Of a stretch of DNA of 64,000 bases, positions 1 to 12,953 are shown in pieces. Position numbers and translations under genes: made by a program. Source of the stretch: an uncultured Acidobacteriota bacterium (GTDB lineage: Bacteria; Acidobacteriota; UBA6911). The stretch lies in contig CAWEJX010000007.1 in assembly GCA_963809485.1 (NCBI GenBank), forward strand, positions 448,001-512,000, in the 5' to 3' direction. Under the pieces are notes generated by a model, which was given only the letters and a program-made list of their open reading frames with translations, was not told the origin of the DNA and ran no database searches. Numbering within the stretch: the stretch's first letter is position 1; the number at the start of each line of letters is the position of its first letter.

Positions 1-1876
1 CGTCTATCCGGTCGCCTGCGATCTTTTCCGCCAGCAGCGAAACCTCTTCCAGCGGGTCGGCTCCGGGGGAGATTGGCACGTTGGCCTCGCCGTCGGAGAT
101 AATGACGAGGACGGGACGTACGCCTGCATTTTTCAACCGCTCGGAGCGTATGAGCTGCCAGGCCCGGGACAATCCGTCGGCGAAAGGGGTCCCTCCGCCC
201 GACGGCATGCTCTCGAGGGCCGACTGGGCGACTGCCACGCTCGAAGTGGGCGGCAGGAGCACCGATGCGCACTGGCCACCGAACGCGATCAGCGCAACCT
301 CGCTTCTTTCCTTCTTCGCGTTGCGCAGCATTGCCAGGGCCGCTCCTTTGGCGGCTTTCATCCGGACCTGGGGTCCGGAGCCCATGGAGCCCGAGGAGTC
401 CACAACGAACATAATCAGGTTGTCACGCGGTTTTGCGCGCCGCTTTTTCCGGAAATCTTCCTCTTTTACGCCGGATTTTCCTTCCTGGCCGCCGCCTTCG
501 AGGCCCGACCGGAGGGCTGCCTGGCGCAGGGTGGCATCAATGGCAAGGCTGAAATCGCGGTCGCCGGCCTGGATGCGTTCGGCCCTCAGGTAGCGGCCGC
601 CGCCACCGATTGTCGCGCTTCTTCTTGTCTTCTTCCCGTGTTCTCCCTGGGACAGCAGAGTGTCGATAATTTCGGCTGTGCCTCCATACTCCCTGTCCGG
701 TTGGTGTACCGTCTCGGCATGTTTTTTGCCGAGAAAGGAAAACAAAACGCTTCCCGCGGCCATGGAACCGGGGACCTGCATGCTTTCGGCCATGTCCTCG
801 AGGCTGATTTCTCCCGTCCGCGCGGCATCCGGCTTCATGTCCGCGCGTGATCCGAAAGCGCTTCTGCATGCATCCTCAATTTTCCGGCGCAGTGTCTCCG
901 GCGCATCCAGAGAAAAGGATTTCATCCGATGCCGGACTGCAAGCTGCACAGACTCTGATATATCCGGAACGTCGATCCTGCTTTTTTCCATCAGGGCTGC
1001 ATGAGCGCGCGCAGCTTTGAGGATGGTGATGTCGGCGCGGTGGCCCTGAAGCTGGAGTTCGCGCGTCAACCAGACAATGGCCGTCATCAATTCATCGGGT
1101 ACGGTTACTTCGTTCAAATGCCCGCGTGCATAGGCGATCTGATCCGAAATGGTCCGGTCCGCGGATGCCCAAGTGCCGAAAAAACTCTCAGGATGGCTCT
1201 CGAAAGCCAGACGCCGCTGCACAATCGCCTTCCTCGACGCGAGATCCAGTACGCTTTCCACCGTTACAGAAAGGCCGAAACGGTCCAGAAATTGAGGCCG
1301 GAGCTCCCCTTCCTCGGGATTCATGGTGCCGATCAGAATGAAACGGGCAGGATGGACAAATGAGATGCCTTCCCGCTCCACCGTGTTGACTCCCGAGGCT
1401 GCCGCGTCCAGAAGCATATCCACCAGATGATCGGCAAGGAGGTTCACCTCATCCACGTATAGGATCCCCCGGTTGGCCCGGGCGAGCAGTCCGGGCTCGA
1501 AACGGCGCTCTCCAGCCTGCAGCGCCTTCTCGATATGGAGGCTGCCGACCAGCCTGTCCTCCGTCGCATTGAGAGGGAGTTCGACAAATGGCATGGGCCG
1601 CAGGACCGCGTGACCGGGCGTTTCCGCTCCGCCCGTAAACTCCCTATCCGCAACACTTATGGATTCGCTTGGATCCGAATTAAACGGACTGTCCTCCCAG
1701 ACTTCAAGCGAAGGCAGGAGCTGGGCGAGGGCCCGCGCCGCCGTTGATTTGCCGGTCCCCTTGTGTCCGCGTATCAGCAATCCCCCGATCGACGGGTCTA
1801 CCGCGTTCAGAAGGAGCGACATCTTCAACGCCTCCTGATCCACAATGGCCGAAAATGGGTACTGGTATCGCTTCAT
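1..1876 (-). CDS. Mg/Co-chelatase-like AAA+ ATPase with C-terminal VWA domain (ChlI/ChlD-type), 3' end runs off window
   Basis: Manual translation from ATG 1876: [51 protein letters not shown] (Walker A). The same frame near 420 reads [12 protein letters not shown] (MIDAS DxSxS) and [10 protein letters not shown]. Absent from the ORF track, presumably because no stop lies in the window. Confidence 0.85.
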   Translation of the reverse strand, partial: MKRYQYPFSAIVDQEALKMSLLLNAVDPSIGGLLIRGHKGTGKSTAARALAQLLPSLEVWEDSPFNSDPSESISVADREFTGGAETPGHAVLRPMPFVELPLNATEDRLVGSLHIEKALQAGERRFEPGLLARANRGILYVDEVNLLADHLVDMLLDAAASGVNTVEREGISFVHPARFILIGTMNPEEGELRPQFLDRFGLSVTVESVLDLASRKAIVQRRLAFESHPESFFGTWASADRTISDQIAYARGHLNEVTVPDELMTAIVWLTRELQLQGHRADITILKAARAHAALMEKSRIDVPDISESVQLAVRHRMKSFSLDAPETLRRKIEDACRSAFGSRADMKPDAARTGEISLEDMAESMQVPGSMAAGSVLFSFLGKKHAETVHQPDREYGGTAEIIDTLLSQGEHGKKTRRSATIGGGGRYLRAERIQAGDRDFSLAIDATLRQAALRSGLEGGGQEGKSGVKEEDFRKKRRAKPRDNLIMFVVDSSGSMGSGPQVRMKAAKGAALAMLRNAKKERSEVALIAFGGQCASVLLPPTSSVAVAQSALESMPSGGGTPFADGLSRAWQLIRSERLKNAGVRPVLVIISDGEANVPISPGADPLEEVSLLAEKIAGDRID

Positions 1877-2019
1877 GACCGTCTCCCGCATCCTGCAAAG
1901 CGAAGATATCCCCGGCCGTCCCCGGGATCAAAGAAAAATCATCCGGGAGTTCCCCAAAATATAGCCGCTTTTTACGGCCGCACCCCATTTTGAAGAGGCG
2001 CGTTTCATCGGTGAATCCC

Positions 2020-2048
2020 TTGACATTGCGGGGCTAAAAGGCTATAAA
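2020..2048 (+). promoter_or_regulatory. sigma70-type promoter for rpsA operon
   Basis: TTGACA (2020-2025), 17 nt spacer, TATAAA (2043-2048). Confidence 0.7.
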
Positions 2049-2228
2049 TTCAGGTTTATATCTCTCGTGAATATAGGGATGTGGACCTTTGCTTTTGCCT
2101 CACCGAATCAGTCAAAAGAACGCGGATAGTTCTCTCCCTTTTTTATACCCATACGCAATCATAGTTTCGAAAATAATGCGATCCTTGGCCCGCCTCCGGC
2201 GGGCCCGGATCTAATTCAGGAGGAATGC

Positions 2229-4025
2229 ATGTCAGTGGATGCAAACGAAACAAACCCCGCAACCGGTAAATCCGTTCAGCCGGATGCCGTTTCCGGCCAG
2301 GAAAATGTCCCGGCTGCCGGCGCCCAGCCCAGGGAGGACGAAAACAATTTCGAGAATCTCCTTGCGGCGTACGAAGGCAGAACCCAGAGCTTCTCGGAGG
2401 GCGAGGTGATCCGGGGCAGAGTCATCGCCATTCAAGCAAACGGCGTCATTGTCGACGTCGGCTTCAAATCCGAGGGAATCATCCCGGTCGAGCAGTTCAT
2501 GAACGACCGCGGCCAGATCACCATCAAGGAAGGCGACTCTATCGATGTCTTCCTCGAGCAAACGGAAGACGCCAACGGCTATGTCGTCCTGTCCAGGGAA
2601 AAGGCCGAGCGGATGAAGATCTGGGACGAGATTGAGCGCGCTTACAGAGAAGGCACGGTCGTCAAGGGCCGCGTCATCGAGCGCATCAAGGGCGGTCTGG
2701 CAGTGGATATCGGCGTGCGAGCGTTCCTGCCCGGATCCCAGATTGACGTCCGCCCCGTGCGCAATCTCGACAGCCTGCGCGGTGAAGAATTTGAGATGCG
2801 CGTCATCAAGGTGAACAAAAAGCGCGGCAACATCGTTCTGTCCCGCAAGGCGGTGCTCGAGGAATCGATGAAAGAGGAAAAGGCCAAGACCATGGAGGTC
2901 CTCGAGGGCGGCAAGGTCATGGAAGGCATCGTCAAGAACATCACCGACTACGGCGCTTTCATTGACCTGGGCGGAGTGGACGGCCTGCTGCATATAACGG
3001 ATATGTCGTGGGGCCGGGTGAACCATCCCTCCGAGCTCTTCTCCGTCGGCGATAAACTCACGGTCAAAGTCATCAAGTTCACCAAGGAAGACGGCCGCGT
3101 TTCCCTCGGCTACAAGCAGATGACGGAAGATCCGTGGCTTCATGCCGACATGCGCTACCCCAAGAATATGCGGGTCCAGGGAAAGGTTGTCAGCCTGACG
3201 GACTACGGCGCATTCGTGGAACTGGAGCCCGGGGTGGAGGGATTGATCCACATTTCCGAAATGACCTGGAACAAGAGGGTGAAACACCCGTCGAAAATTC
3301 TTAACGTCGGTGATACAGTCGAGGCCGTCGTCCTGGACATTGACGTGGAATCCCGGCGCATCTCCCTCGGACTGAAACAGACCGAACCGAATCCGTGGGA
3401 CGTCATCGAGACGCGGTATGCCCCCGGAACCGTCATAACGGGCAAGGTGCGGAACATCACGGATTTCGGCGCCTTTGTCGAGGTGGAAGAGGGCATCGAC
3501 GGACTGGTGCACGTCTCGGATATCTCCTGGACGAAACGCATGAAGCATCCGTCGGAAGTGCTGAAGAAAGGCGACGAGGTGCAAGCGGTCATACTGAGCA
3601 TCGACGCCGCCAACCAAAAACTCTCGCTCGGCATCAAACAGCTGGAGCCGGACCGCTGGGAGGACTGGTTCAGCCGTCATAACCTGGGCGATCCCGTCCG
3701 CGGCAAGGTGGTGCGCATGACAAACTTCGGCGCCTTCGTCGAGCTGGAAGAAGGAATCGAGGGCCTGTGCCACGTCTCGGAACTCGATGAAAAGCATGTG
3801 GAGAAGCCGACGGAGTTTCTCAACATCGGCCAGGAAATCGAGATGAGGGTCATCAAGCTGAACCTTCAGGAAAAAAAGATCGGCCTGAGCCTGAAGGCGA
3901 TGAAAGAGGATGAGCCCAGGCTCGAATTCACATCGTACCTGGCTTCCGCCGATTCGGGGAATGCCTCAATGGGCGAGCGCCTGGGGGACCAGCTTCAGCG
4001 CTTCAAGAAAACCGAAAGCGAATAG
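2229..4025 (+). CDS. rpsA: 30S ribosomal protein S1
   Basis: 598 aa, six S1 repeats (YGAFIDLGGVDGLLHITDMSW etc.), AGGAGG RBS. Confidence 0.98.
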   Translation: MSVDANETNPATGKSVQPDAVSGQENVPAAGAQPREDENNFENLLAAYEGRTQSFSEGEVIRGRVIAIQANGVIVDVGFKSEGIIPVEQFMNDRGQITIKEGDSIDVFLEQTEDANGYVVLSREKAERMKIWDEIERAYREGTVVKGRVIERIKGGLAVDIGVRAFLPGSQIDVRPVRNLDSLRGEEFEMRVIKVNKKRGNIVLSRKAVLEESMKEEKAKTMEVLEGGKVMEGIVKNITDYGAFIDLGGVDGLLHITDMSWGRVNHPSELFSVGDKLTVKVIKFTKEDGRVSLGYKQMTEDPWLHADMRYPKNMRVQGKVVSLTDYGAFVELEPGVEGLIHISEMTWNKRVKHPSKILNVGDTVEAVVLDIDVESRRISLGLKQTEPNPWDVIETRYAPGTVITGKVRNITDFGAFVEVEEGIDGLVHVSDISWTKRMKHPSEVLKKGDEVQAVILSIDAANQKLSLGIKQLEPDRWEDWFSRHNLGDPVRGKVVRMTNFGAFVELEEGIEGLCHVSELDEKHVEKPTEFLNIGQEIEMRVIKLNLQEKKIGLSLKAMKEDEPRLEFTSYLASADSGNASMGERLGDQLQRFKKTESE

Positions 4026-4053
4026 CTGGCCGCCGTAGCTCGCGGAATCAGAG

Positions 4054-4959
4054 ATGGCACAGAAACGAACCAGTTTGCTGCTTGTTCTAATCCTGGGCGG
4101 GGGAGCCTTCATCTTCTTCATCCTTTGTCTCCTGGTTTTGGCGGCCCAATTTTCCGGTGAAGGCTCCCCCGGCCTCTTCCTCTCCGGCGGACAGATAGCA
4201 TCCCTCGACCTCGAAGGTGTCATCTCCGACTCGAAGGGTTTCGTGGACGAGCTCAGGGATTTCGGCAACCGGCCCAATGTCCGCTCCGTCGTCGTCCGCA
4301 TTGACAGCCCCGGCGGCGGGGTGGCGGCATCGCAGGAAATATTTGAAGCTATAAGAAAATTCCGCGCCGAGACGAAAAAGAAAGTAGTGGTAAGCATGGC
4401 CTCCGTGGCCGCCTCGGGCGGGTATTACGTTGCCTGCGGCGCGGACAGGATTTTTGCCAACCCGGGAACCATCACGGGAAGCATCGGCGTCATCGCGGAA
4501 TGGTACAACTACGGAGACCTGTTGCGGTGGGCAAAGATGGAAGACGTGGTCATTAAGAGCGGGATTTTCAAGGACGCCGGCTCCGCCACCCGGCCGCTCA
4601 CGGCCGAGGAGCGGGCCTATTTTCAGTCTCTCCTCGACAACATGCACGCCCAGTTCGTTTCCACCGTCGCAAAAAGCCGCAATATGAACGAAGAGGCCGT
4701 GCGCAGGCTGGCCGACGGCCGCGTCTACACGGGCCAGCAGGCCAAGAACGACGGCCTTGTGGACGAGATTGGGACCTATCAGGACGCGGTCGCGGCGGCG
4801 GCCAAAATGGCCGGTATTTCGGGTACGCCCAGGATCGTGAGACCTTCGAAGAAAAGCATTTCTATTCTCGACCTCGTACTCGGGGAATCCCGATCCGTAC
4901 TGCCCATGAGGCGGGACCGTTCGGAATCCCATATACGGTTTGAATACCTCTGGAGATAG
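4054..4959 (+). CDS. sppA: Signal peptide peptidase SppA, short type (S49)
   Basis: RIDSPGG, AASGGYY and TGSIGV motifs; N-terminal TM segment. Confidence 0.93.
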   Translation: MAQKRTSLLLVLILGGGAFIFFILCLLVLAAQFSGEGSPGLFLSGGQIASLDLEGVISDSKGFVDELRDFGNRPNVRSVVVRIDSPGGGVAASQEIFEAIRKFRAETKKKVVVSMASVAASGGYYVACGADRIFANPGTITGSIGVIAEWYNYGDLLRWAKMEDVVIKSGIFKDAGSATRPLTAEERAYFQSLLDNMHAQFVSTVAKSRNMNEEAVRRLADGRVYTGQQAKNDGLVDEIGTYQDAVAAAAKMAGISGTPRIVRPSKKSISILDLVLGESRSVLPMRRDRSESHIRFEYLWR

Positions 4960-4965
4960 CAAGCC

Positions 4966-5241
4966 ATGACAAAAGCTGAATTAGTGGAAGAAGTCGCCAA
5001 TGAGTCGGAATTGACCAAAAAGGACGCGGAAGTCATCGTTCAGACCGTGCTGGACAGCATCACCGAGTCGCTCCAGCGCGGCGAAAAGATCGAATTGCGG
5101 GGATTCGGCTCCTTCCGGATCCGCAACCGCTCATCCCGTCAGGGCCGAAATCCCAAAACGGGATCGGGCGTCAGCGTTCCGGCCAAGAAGGTCCCGTATT
5201 TCAAGCCAGGCAAAGAAATTAAGGATCTCGTCAACCTGTAA
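4966..5241 (+). CDS. ihfB: Integration host factor beta / HU-family DNA-binding protein
   Basis: MTKAEL...IELRGFGSF...GRNPKTG...FKPGK; follows rpsA-sppA. Confidence 0.85.
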   Translation: MTKAELVEEVANESELTKKDAEVIVQTVLDSITESLQRGEKIELRGFGSFRIRNRSSRQGRNPKTGSGVSVPAKKVPYFKPGKEIKDLVNL

Positions 5242-5726
5242 TGGACCGTCTCTGGACCCCCTGGCGCTTCGAATATCTCCGAAAGGCCGATCAGGAGCCT
5301 TCGTGTGTTTTCTGCGGGATCGTGCAGCAGGTTGAGGATCCCGCAAACTTCGTGCTTTTCCGCGGCCGCAATACGTTTATCCTCCTGAACCTTTATCCGT
5401 ACACCTCCGGCCATCTGCTCGTCGTGGCCAACCGCCATATCGCCTCCCTGAGCGATGCGCAGCCCGAGGAACTGCATGAAATGCTTGCCCTGGCCCGGCA
5501 GTGCGAGTACGCCCTGCGCCAGGAATATCACCCCGACGGCTACAATATGGGGTTCAATCTCGGCCGGGCGGCCGGTGCGGGAGTGGAGCACCACCTGCAC
5601 ATGCACATCCTTCCCCGGTGGATTGGAGATTCGAATTTTGTTTCCGTTGTCGGTGAAACCCGCGTCCTGCCTGAGGAATTGCCCACCACCTATCAACGAT
5701 TAAAACCCTACTTCAGGGATTTCTGA
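5241..5726 (+). CDS. HIT-family hydrolase (Ap4A phosphorylase-like)
   Basis: LWTPWR, NLYPY, HLHMH histidine triad. Confidence 0.9.
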   Translation: MDRLWTPWRFEYLRKADQEPSCVFCGIVQQVEDPANFVLFRGRNTFILLNLYPYTSGHLLVVANRHIASLSDAQPEELHEMLALARQCEYALRQEYHPDGYNMGFNLGRAAGAGVEHHLHMHILPRWIGDSNFVSVVGETRVLPEELPTTYQRLKPYFRDF

Positions 5727-5779
5727 TGCGCTTTTCCGCGAATTTAAAGCGATTGGGGCGCCGCCCGGCCGCCGTTCCA

Positions 5780-6270
5780 ACGCACTACTAATGAGTTAGT
5801 TTTATGTTGGTCCGGTCTGGGCTTCGGGGCACGCTCTTGGGTGTTGGCTATTTCGCTTTCCGGCGGGCTTTGCGGATAAATTTTTATCAAATATCCTATT
5901 ACAATCGCGATAGGAGTTTTTATATTTTACCATTCTTTTATTTCCCTTTATTCTTGGGCGTTTGCCTGCGCTACCGGTCGTCAAACCCGCGTCATTACTG
6001 GAAATTTTCGTCATTCAACAAAATAACGCATTTGTTATTTTTTAGTTGAATGTTTGAAACTCCGTGTGCTAACTTTCCGCCGCGTTGTTAAAAAAATACT
6101 TAACGCGGGGGCACGCGAAATCCTGACATTCGGAATTTCAGGGGGCAGCAAAGAGGGTTCTGGAACGGCTGCTCAGGCGCGTCGTCTCGTTTTCCACAGT
6201 TGTGGAAAGGCTGTGGAAAACTCCGGGATATGCAATCATAAATCTTTCCTGTTACCGCCGGGTAAGGATC
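5780..6270. promoter_or_regulatory. oriC part 1 / dnaA promoter region with DnaA boxes
   Basis: AT-rich gap; TTTTCCACA 6190-6198, TGTGGAAAG 6201-6209, TGTGGAAAA 6212-6220. Confidence 0.75.
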
Positions 6271-6271
6271 C

Positions 6272-7573
6272 ATGGATTTCTGGTATCATGTACTCTCGCT
6301 TGTCGAGAAGCGTGTAAACCGGCAGTGTCTCGATACCTGGTTCCGCCCGATCGCTTATCATGGCCGCGAGAGCGGGATCCTGCACCTGACGGTCCCAACG
6401 GACAGCTTCAAGAAGTGCCTGCTCGAGAATTACTCCGATCTGCTGCTGACGGCCGCCCGCGAAATCGGCAAAAGCCCTTTTGAGCTCAGCGTTTCGGTGG
6501 AAAACACTCCCTCCAAAGAACCCCTTTCCCCGGATATGCCCGATCCGTGCCCGGTTTTGATACCGAAATATACTTTTGATACCTTCGTTGTGGGCGGCAG
6601 CAATCAGCTGGCTCATGCTGCGGCCCTGGCCGTCGCCGAGCGCCCGTCGAAGGCGTACAATCCCCTCTACCTGTACGGCGGTGTGGGACTGGGGAAGACC
6701 CACCTGATGCACGCGGTCGGCAATCACATCCAGAAGCGCAACCGAAGCGTTCGTCTGGCGTACATGTCTTCCGAAAAATTCATGAATGAACTGGTCAATG
6801 CCATCCGTTTTGACCGCACGATTCAATTCCGCCAGAAGTACCGCAATATCGACGTCCTGCTAATGGACGACATCCAGTTCATTGCAGGCAAGGAGCGCAC
6901 CCAGGAGGAGTTTTTCCACACCTTCAATGCCTTGTATGACGCCCAGAAGCAGATCGTGATTACGAGCGACTGCCCGCCCAAACAGATTCCCACGCTGGAA
7001 GAAAGGCTTCACTCCCGTTTTGAATGGGGACTGATCGCCGATATACAGCCGCCCGATCTTGAAACCAAACTTGCGATTCTCCGCAAAAAGGCGGAAGCGG
7101 ACGCTTTCCATCTTCGCAACGATGTGGCCATCTATATCGCCGGCGGCATCCGCTCCAATATACGCGAACTCGAAGGGGCTCTGAATCGACTCAGCGCCCG
7201 CGCGTCGCTGGACGGCCTGGATTCGGCCGATATAGATATTCCCTATGCCAAGGATGTCCTGAAGGGCCTCTCCTTCAACGAAGAGCCGCCCGTTTCAACC
7301 GACAAGGTGATGCGCGCTGTGGCTTCTTTCTTCTCCCTGAAACCGGCGCAGCTTAAAGCGAAGAGCAATTCCCGCCCTATCGCGGTGCCCCGTCAGATCG
7401 CCATGTATATCTGCAAGGAGCTCACGAAGCAGTCACTGCCGCAGATCGGTAAGGATTTCGGCGGCAAGCACCACACAACCGTTCTGCACTCCGTCCGCAA
7501 AATCGAAACGCTGCGCAAAAAGGATGCCGAAATTTCCGCCGCAGTGGCCGCAATTGTAAAATCTCTGCGCTGA
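6272..7573 (+). CDS. dnaA: Chromosomal replication initiator DnaA
   Basis: YNPLYLYGGVGLGKTHL, DDIQF, RELEGAL, GGKHHTTVLHS. Confidence 0.99.
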   Translation: MDFWYHVLSLVEKRVNRQCLDTWFRPIAYHGRESGILHLTVPTDSFKKCLLENYSDLLLTAAREIGKSPFELSVSVENTPSKEPLSPDMPDPCPVLIPKYTFDTFVVGGSNQLAHAAALAVAERPSKAYNPLYLYGGVGLGKTHLMHAVGNHIQKRNRSVRLAYMSSEKFMNELVNAIRFDRTIQFRQKYRNIDVLLMDDIQFIAGKERTQEEFFHTFNALYDAQKQIVITSDCPPKQIPTLEERLHSRFEWGLIADIQPPDLETKLAILRKKAEADAFHLRNDVAIYIAGGIRSNIRELEGALNRLSARASLDGLDSADIDIPYAKDVLKGLSFNEEPPVSTDKVMRAVASFFSLKPAQLKAKSNSRPIAVPRQIAMYICKELTKQSLPQIGKDFGGKHHTTVLHSVRKIETLRKKDAEISAAVAAIVKSLR

Positions 7574-7659
7574 TCTTCATGCCAGAACGCCTGCGCCAAT
7601 GCCAAGCGGATGTGCGCGTTTTATACGGAGCAGGTCCGCGTTACCGCCGATCCATGAAC

Positions 7660-7935
7660 GGTTTGTTTTCCACTGACTTTTGCACAGCGTAATGCGTGTT
7701 ATTTTATAGAATTATCATTGTTGTCCACACCGGGCTGCATTGCGTTTCCTGTGGATATTACAGGAGCCGGAGTTTTCCACAAAAAGCCTCGTTTTTGAAC
7801 AAGGCTCCTTCATCCTCCTGCACTGTTCATCCATTGGGATTACTCGGGTTGACCGGCTTTTCCACATATTCACAGGACCTTCTATTTTTACTAGGTATAT
7901 TGGGTGAAAATAAATCCTATAAAAATATCAACAGC
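7660..7935. other. oriC part 2: DnaA-box cluster, DnaA-trios and AT-rich unwinding element
   Basis: Boxes TTTTGCACA 7678, TTGTCCACA 7721, TGTGGATAT 7750, TTTTCCACA 7773 and 7858, ATATTCACA 7866. Then GGACC, TTCTATTTTTACTAG and an AT-rich run. Confidence 0.85.
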
Positions 7936-8024
7936 CCTGAATTGAGCTTGAAACAGGAAGCGGGAAAAGCTGTATAATCCTCACTTCGAATGGTCTCTCT
8001 TATTTCCTCCAAGGAGCGTCCTTC

Positions 8025-9134
8025 ATGAAATTTACCGTTAACAGGAACTCGCTGCTGAACGAGCTCAACCTGGTACAGGGCGTGATAGAGAAAAAAAGCA
8101 CCATACCCATTCTCTCCAATATTCTCCTGGAATGCGCCGGCGAGCATGTCGATATTGCGGCCACGGACCTCGATGTGACGATCCGCTGCGGTTGCGAAGC
8201 ATCCGTGTCGGCCGAGGGGACGACGACGCTTTCGGCGCGGCGCCTGTTTGATATCGTTCGGCTTCTGCCGGATGGGGCGGACATCGCGTTTTCCCTGCTC
8301 GAAAACGATTGGGTCGAACTGCGGTCCGGAAACTCGAAATACAAGATTGTGGCTCTGCCCAAAGAGAACTTTCCATCCATTCCCGAATCCGCTCCTGCCA
8401 CGGCCCAAATCCCGGGAGGGCTTTTGAGGAGCATGATTCAGCGCACCATGTTCGCAATCACGCAGGAGGAGTCCCGCTATTCGCTCAACGGAGCTCTCCT
8501 GGCCCTGCTGCCCGGGGAAATCCGCATGGTGGCCACGGACGGTCACCGGCTGGCCCTGGTGAGCAAGAGCCTGGAAATGCCCGGAGTGGACATGGAGGTC
8601 CGGGCCCTCATTCCCCGCAAAACCCTGGCGGAAATCCAAAAGCTCATCGGGGACCAGGATGTGCTGCTGGAGTTCGGGCGCGATGAAAACCATTTGTTCT
8701 TCTCTGCCGGCGGAAAGCGGCTTGTTTCCCGCATTCTGGCCGGGCAATTCCCCAACTATGAACTGGTGATACCGCGGGATAACGACAAATTTATTGTGGC
8801 TTCCACCAGAGCTCTCAACGATGGAATCCGCAGGGCAGCCGTCATGTCGGATGAGAAACTCAAGGCCATCCGTCTTTCCTTCAAAAAGGGAGCTTTGGAA
8901 TTGACTGCCAGTTGTGCGGAAGCCGGTGAAGCGCACGAGGTGGTGCCGATCGACTTTGAAGGCGAAGAAATCGATATAGGATTCAATCCGTCCTACATTC
9001 TCGATTTTGTCGGTGTCTGCGGCTCGGAGACCGTTTCTATCGCCATCAAGGATTCGGAAACGCAGGGACTGTTCCGGCCCGTCGGCGGATCCGACCTGGA
9101 TTACCGTTATGTTGTCATGCCGATGAAGTTCTAG
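8025..9134 (+). CDS. dnaN: DNA polymerase III beta clamp
   Basis: TIPILSN, VATDGHRL, GQFPNY, C-terminal YVVMPM. Confidence 0.98.
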   Translation: MKFTVNRNSLLNELNLVQGVIEKKSTIPILSNILLECAGEHVDIAATDLDVTIRCGCEASVSAEGTTTLSARRLFDIVRLLPDGADIAFSLLENDWVELRSGNSKYKIVALPKENFPSIPESAPATAQIPGGLLRSMIQRTMFAITQEESRYSLNGALLALLPGEIRMVATDGHRLALVSKSLEMPGVDMEVRALIPRKTLAEIQKLIGDQDVLLEFGRDENHLFFSAGGKRLVSRILAGQFPNYELVIPRDNDKFIVASTRALNDGIRRAAVMSDEKLKAIRLSFKKGALELTASCAEAGEAHEVVPIDFEGEEIDIGFNPSYILDFVGVCGSETVSIAIKDSETQGLFRPVGGSDLDYRYVVMPMKF

Positions 9135-9136
9135 GT

Positions 9137-10249
9137 GTGCAGCTCAAAAGACTGCGTCTTTTTCAATATCGCAACATCCGTGAAATGGAGATTTTTCCCT
9201 CCGCAGGGACCAGCCTGTTCCTGGGGCGGAACGGCCAGGGCAAAACCAATCTTCTTGAATCCATCTACTTTCTGGCCTACGGCAGAAGCTTTCGCACCGC
9301 AACGCCTGCGGACTGCATCCAGCAGGGCTTGAGCGAGTGCCGCGTCGAGGGAACCGTGGAGCATGGGACTCTGACGCGCGATCTTCAAATATCCATCACT
9401 AAAAACGAAAAAAAACTCTTCGCGCTCGGCAAGCCCGTGGCGTTAGACGGTTTCGTCGGGAATCTCCATTTGCTGGCTTTCACCCACGAGCACCTCAGTG
9501 TGGTGCGGGGTGCGCCGGCGGAGCGAAGGGCATTTTTGGATCGGGCCATGGTCACCCTCTATCCCGGCCACATCCAATGCCTTGCCGCCTATGGGCGCTC
9601 CCTCAAACAAAGAAACAGGATCCTGTCGTCCGGGCGCGAGGGAGCCGGAACTGTCGATGAGAACCTGCTGGAGAGCTGGGACGAATCCCTTATCGGGCCG
9701 GGATCGCGCATCGTGTGCAACCGCCTGCGCTACGTCGATCAAATGAAACGGGAACTGCCCCGGGGATTGTTCGACGACGAAGTTTTGAAAATGCATTATG
9801 TCTCTTCCCTTCGTGCCGAGGACGCAGACCTGCCGCAAATCGAGCACGCTTTCCGGCAGCGCCTTCAGCAGGCGCGGAATCACGATCGGAAAACGGGCGC
9901 AACTTCCGTCGGACCCCACCGGGATGATCTCAGGCTTTATGTCAATGGCCGATCGCTGGTCGATTTTGGTTCCGCCGGGCAGCAGCGGTCCGGCCTCCTG
10001 GCGCTTTATTTTTCTCAAATGGAAATCCACAAAAAATTCCACGGCTTCTATCCGGTTTTTCTGGTCGACGACGCCGAAGCCGAATTGGACAAATACCGAC
10101 TTCACACATTCCTGAATTATCTGTCGCAGAGAACCCAGACGTTTTTAACTTCCGCCAAAGATTTTCTCATGGACGAGGCCGCCGAAAACGCATGCCGTTT
10201 TGAAGTAAAAAACGGGATTGTTTTTGCTCCCGAGGCAACGGCCGAATAG
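9137..10249 (+). CDS. recF: DNA replication/repair protein RecF
   Basis: GRNGQGKTNLLE, GPHRDDL, SAGQQR; synteny. Confidence 0.96.
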   Translation: MQLKRLRLFQYRNIREMEIFPSAGTSLFLGRNGQGKTNLLESIYFLAYGRSFRTATPADCIQQGLSECRVEGTVEHGTLTRDLQISITKNEKKLFALGKPVALDGFVGNLHLLAFTHEHLSVVRGAPAERRAFLDRAMVTLYPGHIQCLAAYGRSLKQRNRILSSGREGAGTVDENLLESWDESLIGPGSRIVCNRLRYVDQMKRELPRGLFDDEVLKMHYVSSLRAEDADLPQIEHAFRQRLQQARNHDRKTGATSVGPHRDDLRLYVNGRSLVDFGSAGQQRSGLLALYFSQMEIHKKFHGFYPVFLVDDAEAELDKYRLHTFLNYLSQRTQTFLTSAKDFLMDEAAENACRFEVKNGIVFAPEATAE

Positions 10250-10362
10250 GGGGAGGCGCAGCCGGTTCCGGGCCTACCGCCTCATCCATGTAAGTTTATT
10301 GTTATCAGTATTTTAATCTAAATATAAATCGCGCAATTTTGCTCCATTTTGAAGCCGGCCTG

Positions 10363-10371
10363 TGCTATAAT
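10363..10371 (+). promoter_or_regulatory. Extended -10 promoter upstream of gyrB
   Basis: TGCTATAAT in an AT-rich intergenic region. Confidence 0.5.
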
Positions 10372-10454
10372 TTTTACTTTGGGACTAATCAAATAATTTA
10401 TTGTAAATAAAAAGCTTGCAGCATTTTTTGTCACCCCAATCTTTGAAATAATGA

Positions 10455-12938
<2,484 letters not shown>

Positions 12939-12953
12939 ACAGAAGTCTTTGCC

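Noticed and set aside
5804-6049. Hydrophobic 81-aa ORF upstream of dnaA
   Set aside because: AT-rich origin/promoter DNA with no RBS; not rpmH.
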